A stretch of 64,000 bases of DNA from Geosiphon pyriformis uo1 (GCA_016748015.1 JAAOMT010000283.1:376108-440107), one strand, 5' to 3'. Counted from the first letter of the stretch, positions 12,527-25,816 are shown. Program-made: numbers and translations. Notes: generated by a model not told the origin, from the sequence alone.

Positions 12527-13227
12527 ATAGAAACTACAAGACCTATTATACTTTCATTTAGGTTTGAAACTGTCAACAGACCATTTGAAAGTGTGAACAC
12601 AAGTAGTGAAGATGACACACCTTTCAGAATAGCCAACACATCAAAAAAAACAGTTCCACATAGGTGAGCAACAGACTTTTTTCCAACAATAGCCAACAGA
12701 TTGGAGGAAAAAACCAACAAAAAATACAGACACATTGAAAAAATAAGTGTAAAAAGTCTAACTGAGAAATTCAACCAAGTGATTGAAGAAAATTCATCTG
12801 AAAATATGACTGTCCAAACCAACAACTTTGTTTTGCAACCTATGTTTAATAAAGGCAGAAACAGCAACAAATTCCAAATGAAAGCTTGGACTAGTAAAAA
12901 AAAAGCCTCAAAGTCCTTAAAAAAAATTGATAAATATCCAAAAGCACCTAAAGGAAACAGTGAAAGAGCTGTGCAAATAGAAGCAGCTTTGAGGAAATAC
13001 AACTCTGATATTTTAGACAAAATCAACAGTGGAAAGCAAATAGACAATTTATTTGTCACAAACAAAGATAAAGCTAATCTGGATGACAAATTAGAAGACA
13101 TGGAAGATGCTAAATTGGGGCTTTCAAGCAGAATGGCAAGTCTGAATCCAGACCAATATAGTAGTAAATCACTTGGCAAAAAACCCATGTTTATGGAACC
13201 AAACCAAGATGAAAGATGGAAAACTGT
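12527..13227 (+). pseudogene. Degenerate K/N/S/E-rich ORF truncated by LTR A; possibly the ORF1 N-terminus of a LINE
   Basis: ORF 12701-13258 extends upstream through one TGA; no recognisable domain. Confidence 0.35.
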
Positions 13228-13896
13228 TATTATGGTTGAAACTTATACTTCTTATTAATTATTATATATATTAGCCACTAATGTCATATAAATTAGCCAC
13301 TCTATTTTTAGAAAGTAATTATTGACCTGATCAATGACCTGATTGTTGACTTGATTATTGACTACTTTTGATAACTATATAAGTGATGAATTTCTTAGCT
13401 GTAAAAAAAACATGTAGAAATAAAAGAAATAAAAAAAATAAAATAACAACTTTCATCTCAATCATTTTTTTATTGCTAATTTCCCTTTTCCTATCTTCAA
13501 GTATCTGAACATCTTGGGATAAAAGATTACTTGTTGGTTATTTTTTACCTTTTTCTTAACTTGTATAATTGTAGCATATGAAGATTATTGAATAAAATGT
13601 GACTGAAGAGCATATTTGATATCTGATATTAAATTCTAAGAGTGCCAATGTGAGACATAGAATTATACCAGTGTGTGATCATTTGTTAACAATATAGACT
13701 ATCTCTCTACCTTCAAATTCTCTGGTTATTTTTTGAAAAGTATAGCAACTAAGATATTTTATGAGACTAATCTTACATATTGAATCCATACTTATTCAAT
13801 TTGCTCTTTGAAGTTAAATTCCCTTTGATTATTTTCATCACTCTACAATCCTGTTCTCTTTTGCTATCCATTAACTTGTTACTCTAACCCATAACA
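13228..13896 (+). repeat. Family A 5' LTR
   Basis: TATTATGGTTGAAAC...CCCATAACA, followed by PBS and gag. Confidence 0.93.
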
Positions 13897-13902
13897 TAAA
13901 AG

Positions 13903-13919
13903 TGGTGCTCCCTGTGAGG
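13903..13919 (+). promoter_or_regulatory. Primer-binding site TGGTGCTCCCTGTGAGG (family A)
   Basis: TGG start 6 nt after the LTR end; complementary to a tRNA 3' end ...GAGCACCA; isoacceptor not assigned. Confidence 0.85.
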
Positions 13920-13939
13920 TTGTCAAAATCCACTTTGTT

Positions 13940-15495
13940 TTTTATTGTATAGGTAATTATTCATACCTGTTATAACAATCAGAAGAATATTTTAAAGCAC
14001 ACAACAAAAATAATCTAGACTTTATTGAACTTAATCTTTTGTCTTCCTGTTTGATTTGCTTCCCTATTGAAAAACAATCCAGTAGACAATTCTAAGACTT
14101 TTGAAACTGGTTTCTGAATAAGTATTTAGCTAAAATCTACACAGTCTATACAACTTATTACTTTGATCAAGCTTATTTTTGAAGAAAAAAACAACAACAT
14201 CAATTAACTTTTATATTCCACAACTTTTGAACAACAGCCCCTTGATTTCGAATATCTGAATCATCAAATCTATACTTGGATTGCTGTCCATTAATCAACT
14301 GAAACTTTTCTTGAAACAGAAGAAGAAAGTTATCAAACTGCTTCTGTTTTTGATCTCTTTTTAAGTAAATTAGATTATTCTATTCAAACAGTAACTCCTA
14401 AACCAATGGCTAATAATTCTATGCAACAGAACATTCTGATTGCCCTTCAAGGTATACAAACTGCTTTGGAAAAAAGAAACAACACTCTATTATTCTTGTT
14501 TAGAGATGATACACAAGATCCAATTGAATAGTTGAACAACTTTAAAAAAGCTACCACAGTCAACCAATATAATAATGAATATAAGTTCCAAATTGTTGGT
14601 GGCTATCTTCAAGGCTTTTCTGTTACTTGGTTTTCACAAAAAATTAATGCCAATGCTCAACAAAAAATCATTAGATAGACACTAGCAAATGCTAGAGAAA
14701 ACAACACCTCTTTTACTATCTGGTTTGAAATAAAATTTAGAACTCCTATCTTGATATCTAAATAGTGCATAGAACTAGAAAAAAAAACTCAAGATCCTGG
14801 TAAAGTGATAACTGAATATGCCAAAACCATCAGAAAGTTAATTAAAAGAGTAGACTCTGAAAGAAACTGGACAGAAGAACAAAAGATTCATTCCTTTATA
14901 AAAAGATTGAGAACAGATCTGTTCTATGCTCTTTGGCCTCTTTTGGCCCTGAAAGACAATTCCATAATGGACATAGCTGTTGAATTTGCCCAATGAATTG
15001 AAGACAACCAAAGAATGCATCTAGAATCCATACTTCCAGTTTTTGCTCCTGCTCTTGTTATGGTTCCTGCTTCCCAAATGGCTGCTGCCTTTTTTGCTGC
15101 CCAAACTCAAGACCCAAATGAATAGTTAATAGATAGACTTACAGCTAATTTTGCCCAGTTACTGGAACCATTAGCCCAAGCAGTTAGAGAGAATCAACAA
15201 CCCCAAAAACCCAGATTAGCATCCTGTTTTAATCAATCCCAGCAACTTCTTTATTAAAGACAACAAAATTATGGCCCATCTGTGTGTTATCACTGTGGAT
15301 TAACTAGACATTTTTCCAAAGATTGTAACAATTTTCTTCTGCCTTCTCCAGCTCCCAAAAACAATGACAATTAAAACAACAGAATTATTAACAATAATGT
15401 CTCCAACCAAAAACCCAATTATGCCAACATCAATTTCTTTGAAGAGAATCTCTTAGTTAAAGCCACTGTTTATTAGCCTTTAAACTGGTAGGCGC
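13940..15495 (+). pseudogene. gag: Family A gag (capsid-like region + CCHC knuckle), truncated by the family C insertion
   Basis: DP.EWL..F..A...NQY pattern, EYAKTIRKLIKRVD (14805-14996), CYHCGLTRHFSKDC near 15284. Confidence 0.85.
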
Positions 15496-16325
15496 TATTA
15501 CTCATAAAATATAGGAAGTATATTAGCATATAAATTAGCCAATCAGAAGTAGCTGTAGTAAATGTGAAATTCCAGGATTCCTCTCAAGAGAAATTGCAGA
15601 ATTCCAGGAATTTCAGAATTTTTATACAAAAAATTGCAGGATTCCAGAATTCCAGAATTCCTCTCAAAAGAAATTGCAAAATTCCAGAAATTCCAAAATT
15701 CCTGGTGTGAAGAATTGAGGAATTGAGGAATCTCAATTATGTATATATAGCAGTAGTGTTAAAAGTAGAAAAGACAGACCATCCAGTTTAGATTTAATCT
15801 AAGCAACCTTCCATTTACAACTATCAATAAATAAATAATTTTTATCTCAATCTTACTCATTACTATTAACACTTCATATTGATAGCAATTGATACTTAAC
15901 CATACTGGAACAATAGTTCTTGATTATGGCTATTGACGAGATACTAACTTACAAATTGCCTTGGCTTATTTCTTTACTTTTTTTTTTTATTTCTTTTCTT
16001 TGGTTTTATTGTTGCATATTAAGTGATTAAAAAAAATAATGCATGGAGTTACTGATGTCAAAGTGACTGGTAAAAGACCCAGAAATAAGGGTAGAACACT
16101 CAATTAAGGATAGCTTACCAGGAGGAATACCAGCCATTACACTGAAAAAGAAATTAACAAAACTGCAGTTTTAAGAAGCTACAGATAACACAACTATTAA
16201 ATCTTTGTCCATTATACAAAGAACTTTACACCAAAACCTTCAGATATCAACACCAGAAATACCAATCAAGCACCAAATTATGGGTTTGTTATTTGACTTG
16301 AGATCTCAAATAATCACCTGTAACA
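15496..16325 (+). repeat. Family C 5' LTR (U3 type C2)
   Basis: TATTACTCAT...CCTGTAACA; GGAATTCC-like repeats upstream of TATATATA; matches 42521-43382 and 44892-45787. Confidence 0.92.
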
Positions 16326-16327
16326 TT

Positions 16328-16344
16328 TGGTGCTTCCTGTGAGA
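16328..16344 (+). promoter_or_regulatory. Primer-binding site TGGTGCTTCCTGTGAGA (family C)
   Basis: 2 nt after LTR end; same motif at 56863 and 44071-44087 (minus). Confidence 0.88.
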
Positions 16345-17332
16345 TATAATCCTACAGAAAACCAGCACCAACAAACCTCATCTAAACAGTGACAGAATTC
16401 GAAGAAATAGGAACAAATCATTTAGGATTTGCAAAATTCTTATTCCAATATTATTACACCCATCTTGAATTAACAAATAATAGTTGGCCAATAAAATCAG
16501 CTTTCAATTGCTATGTCAATGAGAAAATTGTATACCATTTAAGAGGCCAAGAAGATCTAGAATCCACCTTTAACAACTTCTTCAGTGAACTATTCCAAAG
16601 CACTACCCTTCTGCAAAACTATTTATTCGCATCACTAATTACAGAAATAAACAAAAAAATTGAAAAATACACCAAACAAAAATTTTCTATTACATTTGCT
16701 AATAAAGAAAAAAAAAGGCTACAAACACTAGCAGGAACCCCAAAGCAAATCCAACTACTCACTTAAAAAAAACAAAGATTTAATTCTCTAACCAATCCAT
16801 CATATTATTACACACCTGGAAGCACTATCAATATAATATCAACAGACACGTTCACCACAAACATGACCACACTATTGAACAAGATCCTGTTCCAAAGTAA
16901 ACAAAAGAAAACAGAATTACTAGGAACATACAGCAATTACTTTGAGAAATTTAAATTGCAATCTCCAACACCATCAGAAATTTGATCACTACTACCACAA
17001 CCAGATTTTGAAACCATTAGTCCTTGGGAAATAACTGACTCCGAGGAAGAAGAAGGTAACAATTAGTAAAATAGTAACCAAAACATGATCTTAGAAAAAC
17101 CAGAAATTGGGACTCCAGTTAATCAAACCCCAAAAAACCAAAACAATCAAAACCTTGACATTAATAATTAACAACACTTATCTTCAGTAATTGTGATCAA
17201 TTCACCACTAACTCTACCAATCACCAAACAGCAACAACAGCCATAATCATTACCCTAACAACAAATCCAGCAGCAATCACAACAATAATCAATGGCTTAT
17301 GCTCCAATTGCCAAAATAGAAAAATTTACCGG

Positions 17333-18429
17333 TGTTACAGGTAAACTTGGTGGATATAGGAAATGGTAACATTTGGTGTTCTCAATTATTGATGATGCAT
17401 TTTTCACATAATTTTGTTGGCTTAGTCTTGATTATCAGTCTCTGAAGGTCTATTTTTGGATGTGAATTTTATCCATTGAGTTCTTTGGTTATAAGGCACA
17501 GAGTTTGTCTTTTGTCAATTGCAACGTTTTTTGTAAATGTGAGCTTTCTTCTCCGAGCTAACGAGTGCAGTTGTTAGGGTCTGGCATTGTCTTTTCATCC
17601 TTTTGGTAAGCTAACAAGATAATGTTAATATCCAAAACTTAGGGGGAGCTTCCCTCTTTTACCAGGCTATCATGAAGTCTATTCCCAGACAGTCGATTTT
17701 ACTATGTTGCCACTCCACAAAAAATTAAGACAGAAAAAGAAAAAAAAAAAAAAGAAAAAAAAGAAAAGAAAAGAGAGAAAAGATAAATTAGTATCATCAA
17801 TCACCGTGATCAAGAGCGATTGGTCCAAATCATTAATAGGTTTGAGGCAGTTATGCTAAGAGCATCTGTTTTAGAATGGAGGTATGAGACAAGGGTTAAT
17901 TCATGTAAATTTCACGAAGTTCGAGAACATGAATTTGCGATTTTGATTTCTTTTAATAATTGGTTTATTTCAGGAGATGAAATAGGAAAGATAATAAAGG
18001 ATGAAGGGGTATGGATATTTTAATTTCTGGTCTAGAGGTTCATATCTATTTTTTCTTCTCTGTCTTTTCTCACTTCTACAACTACTTGCTTTTATACATT
18101 CTTTTGGTTTTACAGGATTGCTTTTAATTGTCTTGCTATCGCTAGCTATTGCTTTGTTGTTTCTGTTATTGCTTTGTTTTTCTATGTTATTACTAGTTAT
18201 CCTATATTATAACATGTTATCTGACATTATTACATGTTATTCTGTGTTATCCTGCATTATAACACGTTATCCTACGTTATTGCGCACTATTCTGTGTTAT
18301 CCTGCGTTATAACACATTATCCAATGTTATAATGTATTATCCAATATTATTGTGCATTATTCTGTGTTATGTCACGTTTTTGGTCACATTTCTTTATAAC
18401 TTTGGATTGGTTTTTCTACTCAAATAACA
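17333..18429 (-). mobile_element. Solo LTR, family D, with TSD CCGG/CCAG; relatively CpG-retaining
   Basis: TGTTAC...ATAACA termini; gag frame (FTG|E) resumes after it; orientation inferred from the position of the tandem array and purine tract. Confidence 0.85.
18190..18378. repeat. Degenerate ~20-bp tandem array (TTATCCTGCGTTATAACACG-like) in LTR D
   Basis: About 9 imperfect units visible. Confidence 0.85.
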
Positions 18430-19739
18430 CCAGTAAAAAAGACAATGTCCAAGTATGGCTTAACAATATGGAAAAAATCATTGCAGCCAATGGATGGAAT
18501 AATGACAGAGTCTTTTAAGTGATTTCCTATTTTCTATAGAATATTACCAACTCGTGATATCAGAGTTTAGCCACTAAACTTCAAACATTCTAGGAATTTA
18601 AAATTGCATTCTTGGGATATTTCAGTAATAATAACAGTATTAATTGCCTAGCCAATGCTTTTACTACAATTAAACAGGGAGAAACTGAAGCAGTTACTAC
18701 TTACTTGGAATGCTTTCACAGGAACTTGTGCCAAATTCAAGCAATTCAAGCTGATTATTTTATAGTGCCATAAATCCTAAACCAGTTCATCCATGGACTG
18801 CACAGTAGCTTTCTTCAATGTGTATATCCAATGCACCTACAAACTCTTTAGAACACAGTCACCAATATGAGAGATTTTGAATTGGCAGAACTTGAAACAA
18901 ACTATGTTTAAGCCATTAATCTAGTCATAAATGGATCATCTAACTTGGATTCCAAATTGAAACAACTCAGTGACTCAATTAATCAAAAATTGGAAGGATA
19001 CTTAACTGACAATTGTGCAATTTATCAACCACCACAACAATGCAATAACTCAGGAAACATAAATTATTTCCAAAATCAATTGTGTTTATCATCATTATTA
19101 TTATCATTTTCAAATCAGCCATGGCAACAAGAGACATGTGTCTGTCATAACTGTGGTAAACAAGGCCACATTAGAGCCAACTGCTGATTTTATAGTAATA
19201 ACTTATGATCGAGAAATCAATATCAAAATTCCAATTACCAGTTTCAAGTTCTGAATTATCAACCCAACCCAGCACCATATTAACTGAGTTACCTATCTAT
19301 GATGCAACAGCCAATCTATCAACCACCAATTTATTAGTTCTCAGTACCTGTTATTTATCAACCGCAGTCCCAACCCATTTATCAGCTGCAGCCTCAGATA
19401 ATTTATCAGCCCCAACAAATTCAAACACTGCCATAGAACTTACCTTAAAATGGAACCCAAAGGCTGAGACTAACACAACAAAGCTGGAGATCATTGATAG
19501 TAGTTTATTAACCAATCCTCAGTTCCTTCACACAACCATCAGGATCTTAACAATGGAATTTAGGCACCAGGTACACCCAAAACCCAAATTTCCAGAACTA
19601 TTTAAGTCTTTTGGTTATCCCAGAAGATGCCACATCCAACAAATCAGAAGCCAACCAAAAACCACTTACCAATAATATTCTACCAACAACTATTATAGAA
19701 AACAAATTACTTACTACTATCTTTTCTTTTGAATTCGAG

Positions 19740-20170
19740 GAACCAGTTGAAATGTTGCTATTCAGTGGAGCTGCCCTAGAATCAAAACTCATTACTGCAA
19801 TGTATACCAATGCTAAAGTTGATAAGCAGCACATTAAACTGATCCTAAACAATGGATCAGCTGGCAGTATTATTACACGACAACTTATGGACTGTTACCA
19901 AGTTGATCACACTACCAGTGCATGCATAATCACTGCTGATAGAATGACCAAAACTCCGATTGGTGAAATAGACGACTTCCCATTTAAAGTCAACAACATT
20001 ATAATACCAATCAAGATATTGGTAATGGAAACAACTCAGTATTAGACTTTTGTTGGAAATAACTGGTTGTTGAAAGCCAATGCTGTGCTCAAGTAAAACA
20101 TTCAAGAACTGCAACTCAACCAGAACAGCCACCACACATGCATGCCAGCCACTTGTGGTTACTTCAAGAC
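19740..20170 (+). pseudogene. Retropepsin (aspartic protease), family C
   Basis: IKLIL(D/N)NGSAGSII and VGN(D)WL motifs. Confidence 0.85.
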
Positions 20171-21279
20171 TATTTCCAACAACAAACCACTCATTGAATT
20201 AGAAGAAAAAGAAAAAAAACCTACCTGAGAAGCATACCAAGTCTCTTGGGCCAACACTGAACACAATGAGCTATCACTAATACTTTCTTGAAACAATAAA
20301 ACAAAAGGTAAGAAAGAGGACACAACAGAAGAAGACACAACAACTGAAGAAATAACTAGTGGCTGAGAGAGATCCTACTCACATGAGCCATTAAAACAAC
20401 TACCACATATTCCACTCAAATGCCAAGATTGTAACAAGAAACTTTCTTCCATGAAAGCTTGAATCGCACCCAATGAAGATTACTGAATGCGAATTCACTA
20501 TTATTGCAAGCTGTGCCACTAAAAATAATATGGCTATCCAAAACAACAAGGCAAGTGAGACAATGAACTATGTTTCACTTGTGAGGAACAATTACTCAAT
20601 GAAGGAATATGAAACAATATTTCTGGATAAGAAGAAATGTGTGATGCTTCAAGCCAATACACAATCCTTATCAGCAACTGGATAAGTTGTGGAATGTTTA
20701 TTACTGCTGCCTGGCACTGAGCAATCTCTCATTTGAATGGTTATCTACACAATAAAAACAAGATCTGGCAAATAGTAAACACCAAAGTAGAAGGCACTAC
20801 ATCTAGCAAAATATTAGAAATCAAGAACAACTCTCCAGAACCAGTTAACATTGTTCTGATTCCCAACCCAGACATTTTCCTGGACCTGAAAACAGGCCCA
20901 GAAGAATTTTATAAGCACTATCAAAATTTGGCACCAACCAGAGAAGAACAGGAACAGCACTTGGAAGAAATAAACACCCAATTATGTGACCACTGCTTGA
21001 TCCCATGTGACTTCCAGTATTGTAATGAGTGTGACCTTATCTACAATCCACCACCATGCATGATCTACATGATTTTAGAAGAAGACAAGCCAATTAACAA
21101 CTGTGCATTGGAATTGAAATCAATTTTCAATCCCAATTCAAACTCTGACAATGATGATAACAAAAACAATGGTTCCAGCTCTACTCAAAATGACAATGGA
21201 AATAACAACAATTCAGACTCTAATTCAAACTCTGAAACATTTATCACACTTCTTGACCTCACCAAGGAACAAGAATTTA

Positions 21280-21710
21280 AATGGTTCAACAATAATAATG
21301 AAGGTATTATGTCAGAACAGGTGCATGATACTGATGCAGGGTTTGATTTAAGATATTCAGAAAAAGATCCCATCAAATTGGAATCTCATTCGCACACTTG
21401 TATTAATCTCAAAATAGCACTGGAAATTCCAGCAACAATAATGGTACAGTTAGCATTTAGAAGTAGCTTAACAAAAAAAAGAATCAACATCAGAGGAGGA
21501 ATAATTGACACAAGATACATAGGAAATATCATTGCTATGCTACAAAATAACTTAAAAAAAGCCTACACCATAGATCCAAATAAAAAGATAGCACAGGTAA
21601 TATTCCTATCTCTGGTTAAGGTAGCTCAATTAGTATTAGTAAAAAACAGAGAAGAATTAAGATAACAGTAAGAGAGATACAAAGATTTGAGTTCATAGGT
21701 AAAATAGATG
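21280..21710 (+). pseudogene. dut: dUTPase domain in family C pol
   Basis: Motifs AGFDL, RSSL, GGIID.RYIGNI, KIAQVIF and a decayed motif 5. Confidence 0.9.
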
Positions 21711-22165
21711 TACCAGTCAATATAACAGAGGAAGAGGTTATTGACAAAAAAGAAATTATCTCCACCTGTCAATTAATTTCCATTCCACCATATGATTGGT
21801 ATATAGTAATTATAGAAAAAAAAGTGAAAAATCAGGTTCAAATGTTTGAGGCAGAAACACAACTTTGTAAATCAGGAGAGATTGGATTAATTAATCTACA
21901 CATACCAGCCAAGAATCATAGTCATATTAAAATCTCCATTTACAACAACACAGGAAACATTATGGAGATACCAAAAGGAATTACCATTGGATATTTAACC
22001 ACTGAAATTAAAGAACAACCACCAAACCCCATTTTAGACTTTCCATAATTGTGTGAATATGTGGATATCACATCACAAACAATCTATAGATGAGAAGAAT
22101 GTTATCTGCTTCAACCAAAACAATTGGAACAGATGAACTTGGAAAACTTAGACCCACTTCAATGA

Positions 22166-23520
22166 ATGCAATTTAAGATGTTACTTAACAACTTCAACAA
22201 CATCTTTGCAAGTGAAAATGAATTTGGCAGAACTGACATAATTCAGCATCAAATCAAGACTAGAGATGCAATGCCAATTAAACAAAGAGCATACAGAGTA
22301 CTGTCAGCCAGCCATGAGATCATTAGTCAAGAAATCAATCAAATGCTTAACAATGGGCTAATTTAGCCATCAATGAGCCCATAGTCATTACCAGTAGTAC
22401 TAGTCTATAAGAAAAATGGGAAAATTCACTTCTGTATGGATTACCATAAACTGAATAGAATAACTAAAGGTGATAACTATTCAACACCAAAAATCCAAGA
22501 GCTGTTTGATGCTTTTGGAGGAAAAAAATAGTTTTTGACTTTAGACTTAGACAGTGGTTACTGGTAAGTAGCCATGAAACCAGAAGACAAAGAAAAAACG
22601 GCTTTCACAACATGAGAAGAAAATTTTAAGTTTGAAATCATGCCATTTGACTTGATAAATGCTCCAGCAACATTCCAATGGCTTATGAAAATTGTTTATA
22701 CTGGACTACTGTAAAAATCAGTAGTTGTTTACTTAGATAACACCAATGTGTTTTCCAAAACATTTGATGATTATCTACATTATCTTCAACAAGTATTTGA
22801 AAGACTTAAATAAGCAGGATTGAAATTAAATGCAAACAAGTGCTTCTTTGGCAAAATGAAACTCAACTTTTTGGAACATGTAGTAAGCAAAGATAATATC
22901 AAAACAGATCCAGACAAGATAGAGATTGTTAAGAACTTTCCAGTATCAAATAATCTCACCAAATTAAGAGCATTCTTGGGATTTGTGGAATACTATCATT
23001 GTTTTATTAAGGATTTTTCCAAAATAGCTCAACCATTACACCAACTCTAAACAAAGAACACCAAATATGAATGGACTGAAACTCAACAAAAAGCTTTTGA
23101 TATATTAAGAAAAAAGCTTATTCAAGCCCCAGTACTGATCTATTCAGATCATAGCAAGCTATTCAGAATAACAACCAATGCATTTGGTCAAGCATTGGGA
23201 GCAGTACTATTGTAGAAAAGACTGGATGAAAGAGAGCATCCAGTAGTTTATGCCAGTAGAAGCTTAAGTCCAATTGAAAAGAACTATAAAACTCCAGCAC
23301 TAGAATACTTAGCTATCTATTGGGCTGTTATTAAATAGAAAAAATACTTGAGTCAGAAGTTTGACATATACACTAATTACAAAGGATTGACTTCAATCCA
23401 GAAACAAAAATTTGGAGATGATTGCCATACCAGATGGAAAATAAAACTTTCATCATTTAATTATACAGTACATTATAAAAAAGGAAAAGAAAATGGAAAT
23501 GCTGACAGATTGTCATGAAT
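22166..23520 (+). pseudogene. pol: Family C RT + RNase H
   Basis: PIKQRAY, FCMDY, MPF..NAPATFQ, YLD(N), LGAVL, YASRSL motifs. Confidence 0.92.
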
Positions 23521-23563
23521 AAACAAATCTAAAAACATTTCAACTCAAAAAATATAACAAAAG

Positions 23564-24935
23564 ATGAATATACAAAAATACTAACAGCTTCAACATTATA
23601 TAAATACCCAATTGCTCAAGGAGAAATTATCTCAACAGAACAAAGGAACATAAAACAACAATCAAAATATTTTATCAATCATCAAAATATACTTTACCAA
23701 AAGAACAAAAGAAATTTAGATCAACCAATCAGAATAATTACAGAACCAGAAAAAGAGACAATATTATTCAACATGTACTCAGATCAAACAGCAGGACATT
23801 TTTATAAAGAAACAACCATAGAAAGAACCAGAAAAAAATATTATTGGTTATCAATGTATTCAGACATCATTCAATATATTCAAAATTATGATGCTTGTTA
23901 GAGAAGAAGAGGAACAAGATCCAGTGAACCATTAAGACCAATCAAAGTAGGACAACCATTTAATAATATTGGAATTGACTTAGTTGGACCATTAACAATT
24001 ACTAGTAAAAGCAACAGATATATTGCAGTAGCCATAAACTATCTCATTAAATGGCCAGAAGCAAAAGCCATTCAAAGAGCAGATGCAGAATCCATTACCA
24101 AATTCATCAAGAGTTGATTTGTTGACATGAATGTCTAAAAGAACTACTATCAAATCAAGGAACTCATTTTGTGAATAGAACATTGACAGAATTAAGTCAA
24201 AGATTTGGGATAAAAAGACTATTATCATTATCATATCATCTACAAACAAATGGGTTAGTTGAAAAATTTAACAGAACATTGTGTAAAGCAATCACCAAGA
24301 TTAGTCAAGAAAACCAGAACAAATAAGATTTGTTTATACCATCAATATTATTTGCTTATCGGACAATGAAGCAAGACACTACACAAACAATACTATTTGA
24401 ATTAGTATATGGTAAAACAGCAATATTACCAGTTGAAATAGAAGTCAATACTTATCCAACAGAACCAATAACAAAAGACAATTTTCAGGAAATGTTACTA
24501 AGAAAAACATATGACATGATGGAAACACTAGAAAATAAATGGCAAAAAGCAGCTAATAACATCCAAAAGTCACAAGAAAAACAGAAAGAAAGACATAATA
24601 ACCAACTATCAGATAAACCAGTTGAATTCAAGATTGAAGACAAAGTACTTTTACATCATACCAAAGTGGAAAAACAATGAAATAGAAAATTTGATCCCAA
24701 ATGGGATGGACCATTTTACATAGAAAAATTCTTGAAAATGAAGCTTATAAATTAAGATAGAACAACAAAATCTTAGCCAAAGCAGCATATGGTAATCGAC
24801 TGAAACCATATTATCATATAGTGTCACCATCTACTAGTAATATTCTACAATTAAAAGTACAGAGAATACTAGTCTAACCAGATGAGATTTCATGAGATCT
24901 GGAACCAATCATAATCATTGAACCAAACACATAAA
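23564..24935 (+). pseudogene. Family C integrase
   Basis: AGHF, IGIDLVGP, QTNGLVE, KWDGPF motifs. Confidence 0.9.
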
Positions 24936-24993
24936 ATTGAACAATAAAAGAGTATATAAAGACATAGTAGACATAACAGAAAACTTCAGAAAA

Positions 24994-25618
24994 ATGGAAA
25001 TTACTAACAACATTCACTCACTAGCACAACAACTCTTCCAACTGATTCAACAACAGAATATAGAAATTACTATTAATTAACAAACCATTCAATACCGAGA
25101 TACCAGAAAGATACCCAAATACAAAAGTCAAAAAAAAACAGAAAACACTATAAATAAAATGGTTCTGAAAATAAAATTAGCAATAGAAGAACCAACAAGT
25201 GTTACCATATATCAAGAGTTGACCAAAGAAACTTGGAAATAGTGGATACACAAATTTCCAAAGAACTTTTGTTATTTTCACTTGGGAGACACTTGAATAT
25301 TCAGAACTTATACACAGATAAAACAAAACAATTATTTAACACAACAATACTGCAACAACTGGAACAATTTGTGGAAAAAAACAATTTGACTACACAAGCA
25401 AGAGTTATCTATCAGCTACATATAGAATTCTAAGACAGACTGGAAATCTTACTTAATTCAGAATTGAACTCCATTACAGTTAATCAAATGGGAAAAATAA
25501 CCAACACCCAATTTAAGAAATTACAGAACAAAATAACCCAAGTAATTCTCGAAAAAGAAGTTCAAAAAATACTCAACAACAGAGAATTAGAGTTAGGAGA
25601 TTTAGGAGATTTTGATGG
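24994..25618 (+). pseudogene. Family C ORF3, cut by an LTR B insertion
   Basis: ATG 24994 MEITNNIHSLAQQLFQLI...; fragments 25233-25433 and 25464-25618. Confidence 0.8.
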
Positions 25619-25816
25619 TGTTACTAGAGGTTTTTGGTCTCTTTTCTTAAATGTTGTTGATGTTTGTTTGCTGTGAATTCACGTTTCTGGATGTGGTTGA
25701 ACCTCCAGTAACTGAATTTATCTTCAAATTATCTCCTATAATTTGAACTGCTGGGCTTATAAGTGGAATGGCCAATTCCGTGCCAGTTGCTTGTGTAGTT
25801 ATGTTGTAGTAAATGT
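25619..25816 (-). repeat. Partial family B LTR into which another family B element inserted
   Basis: 198-bp duplicate of 25817-26014. Confidence 0.88.

Larger units (their letters stand above)
16389..19600 (+). pseudogene. gag: Family C gag, interrupted by solo LTR D
   Basis: MAYAPIAKIEKFTG|..VWLNN..K.IAANGW; CHNCGKQGHIRANC knuckle at ~19143. Confidence 0.85.
15496..25618 (+). mobile_element. Ty3/Gypsy element family C (5' LTR, PBS, gag, protease, Cys-rich domain, dUTPase, RT, RNase H, integrase, ORF3); 3' LTR missing
   Basis: Domain order read from ORF fragments 16389-25676. Confidence 0.93.

Noticed and set aside
12481-13188. 235-aa minus-strand hydrophobic ORF
   Set aside because: Antisense of an A-rich plus-strand ORF; no independent motif support
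13903-13919. tRNA gene at the tRNA-like motifs
   Set aside because: Only ~17 nt complementary to a tRNA 3' end, directly after LTRs; these are primer-binding sites
18001-18312. Hydrophobic 103-aa ORF resembling a membrane or env peptide
   Set aside because: Lies within solo LTR D over a T-rich tract and tandem array; compositional artefact
21280-21710. dUTPase as a host, bacterial or endosymbiont gene
   Set aside because: Embedded in pol at the same position in two families and decayed like the rest of the element
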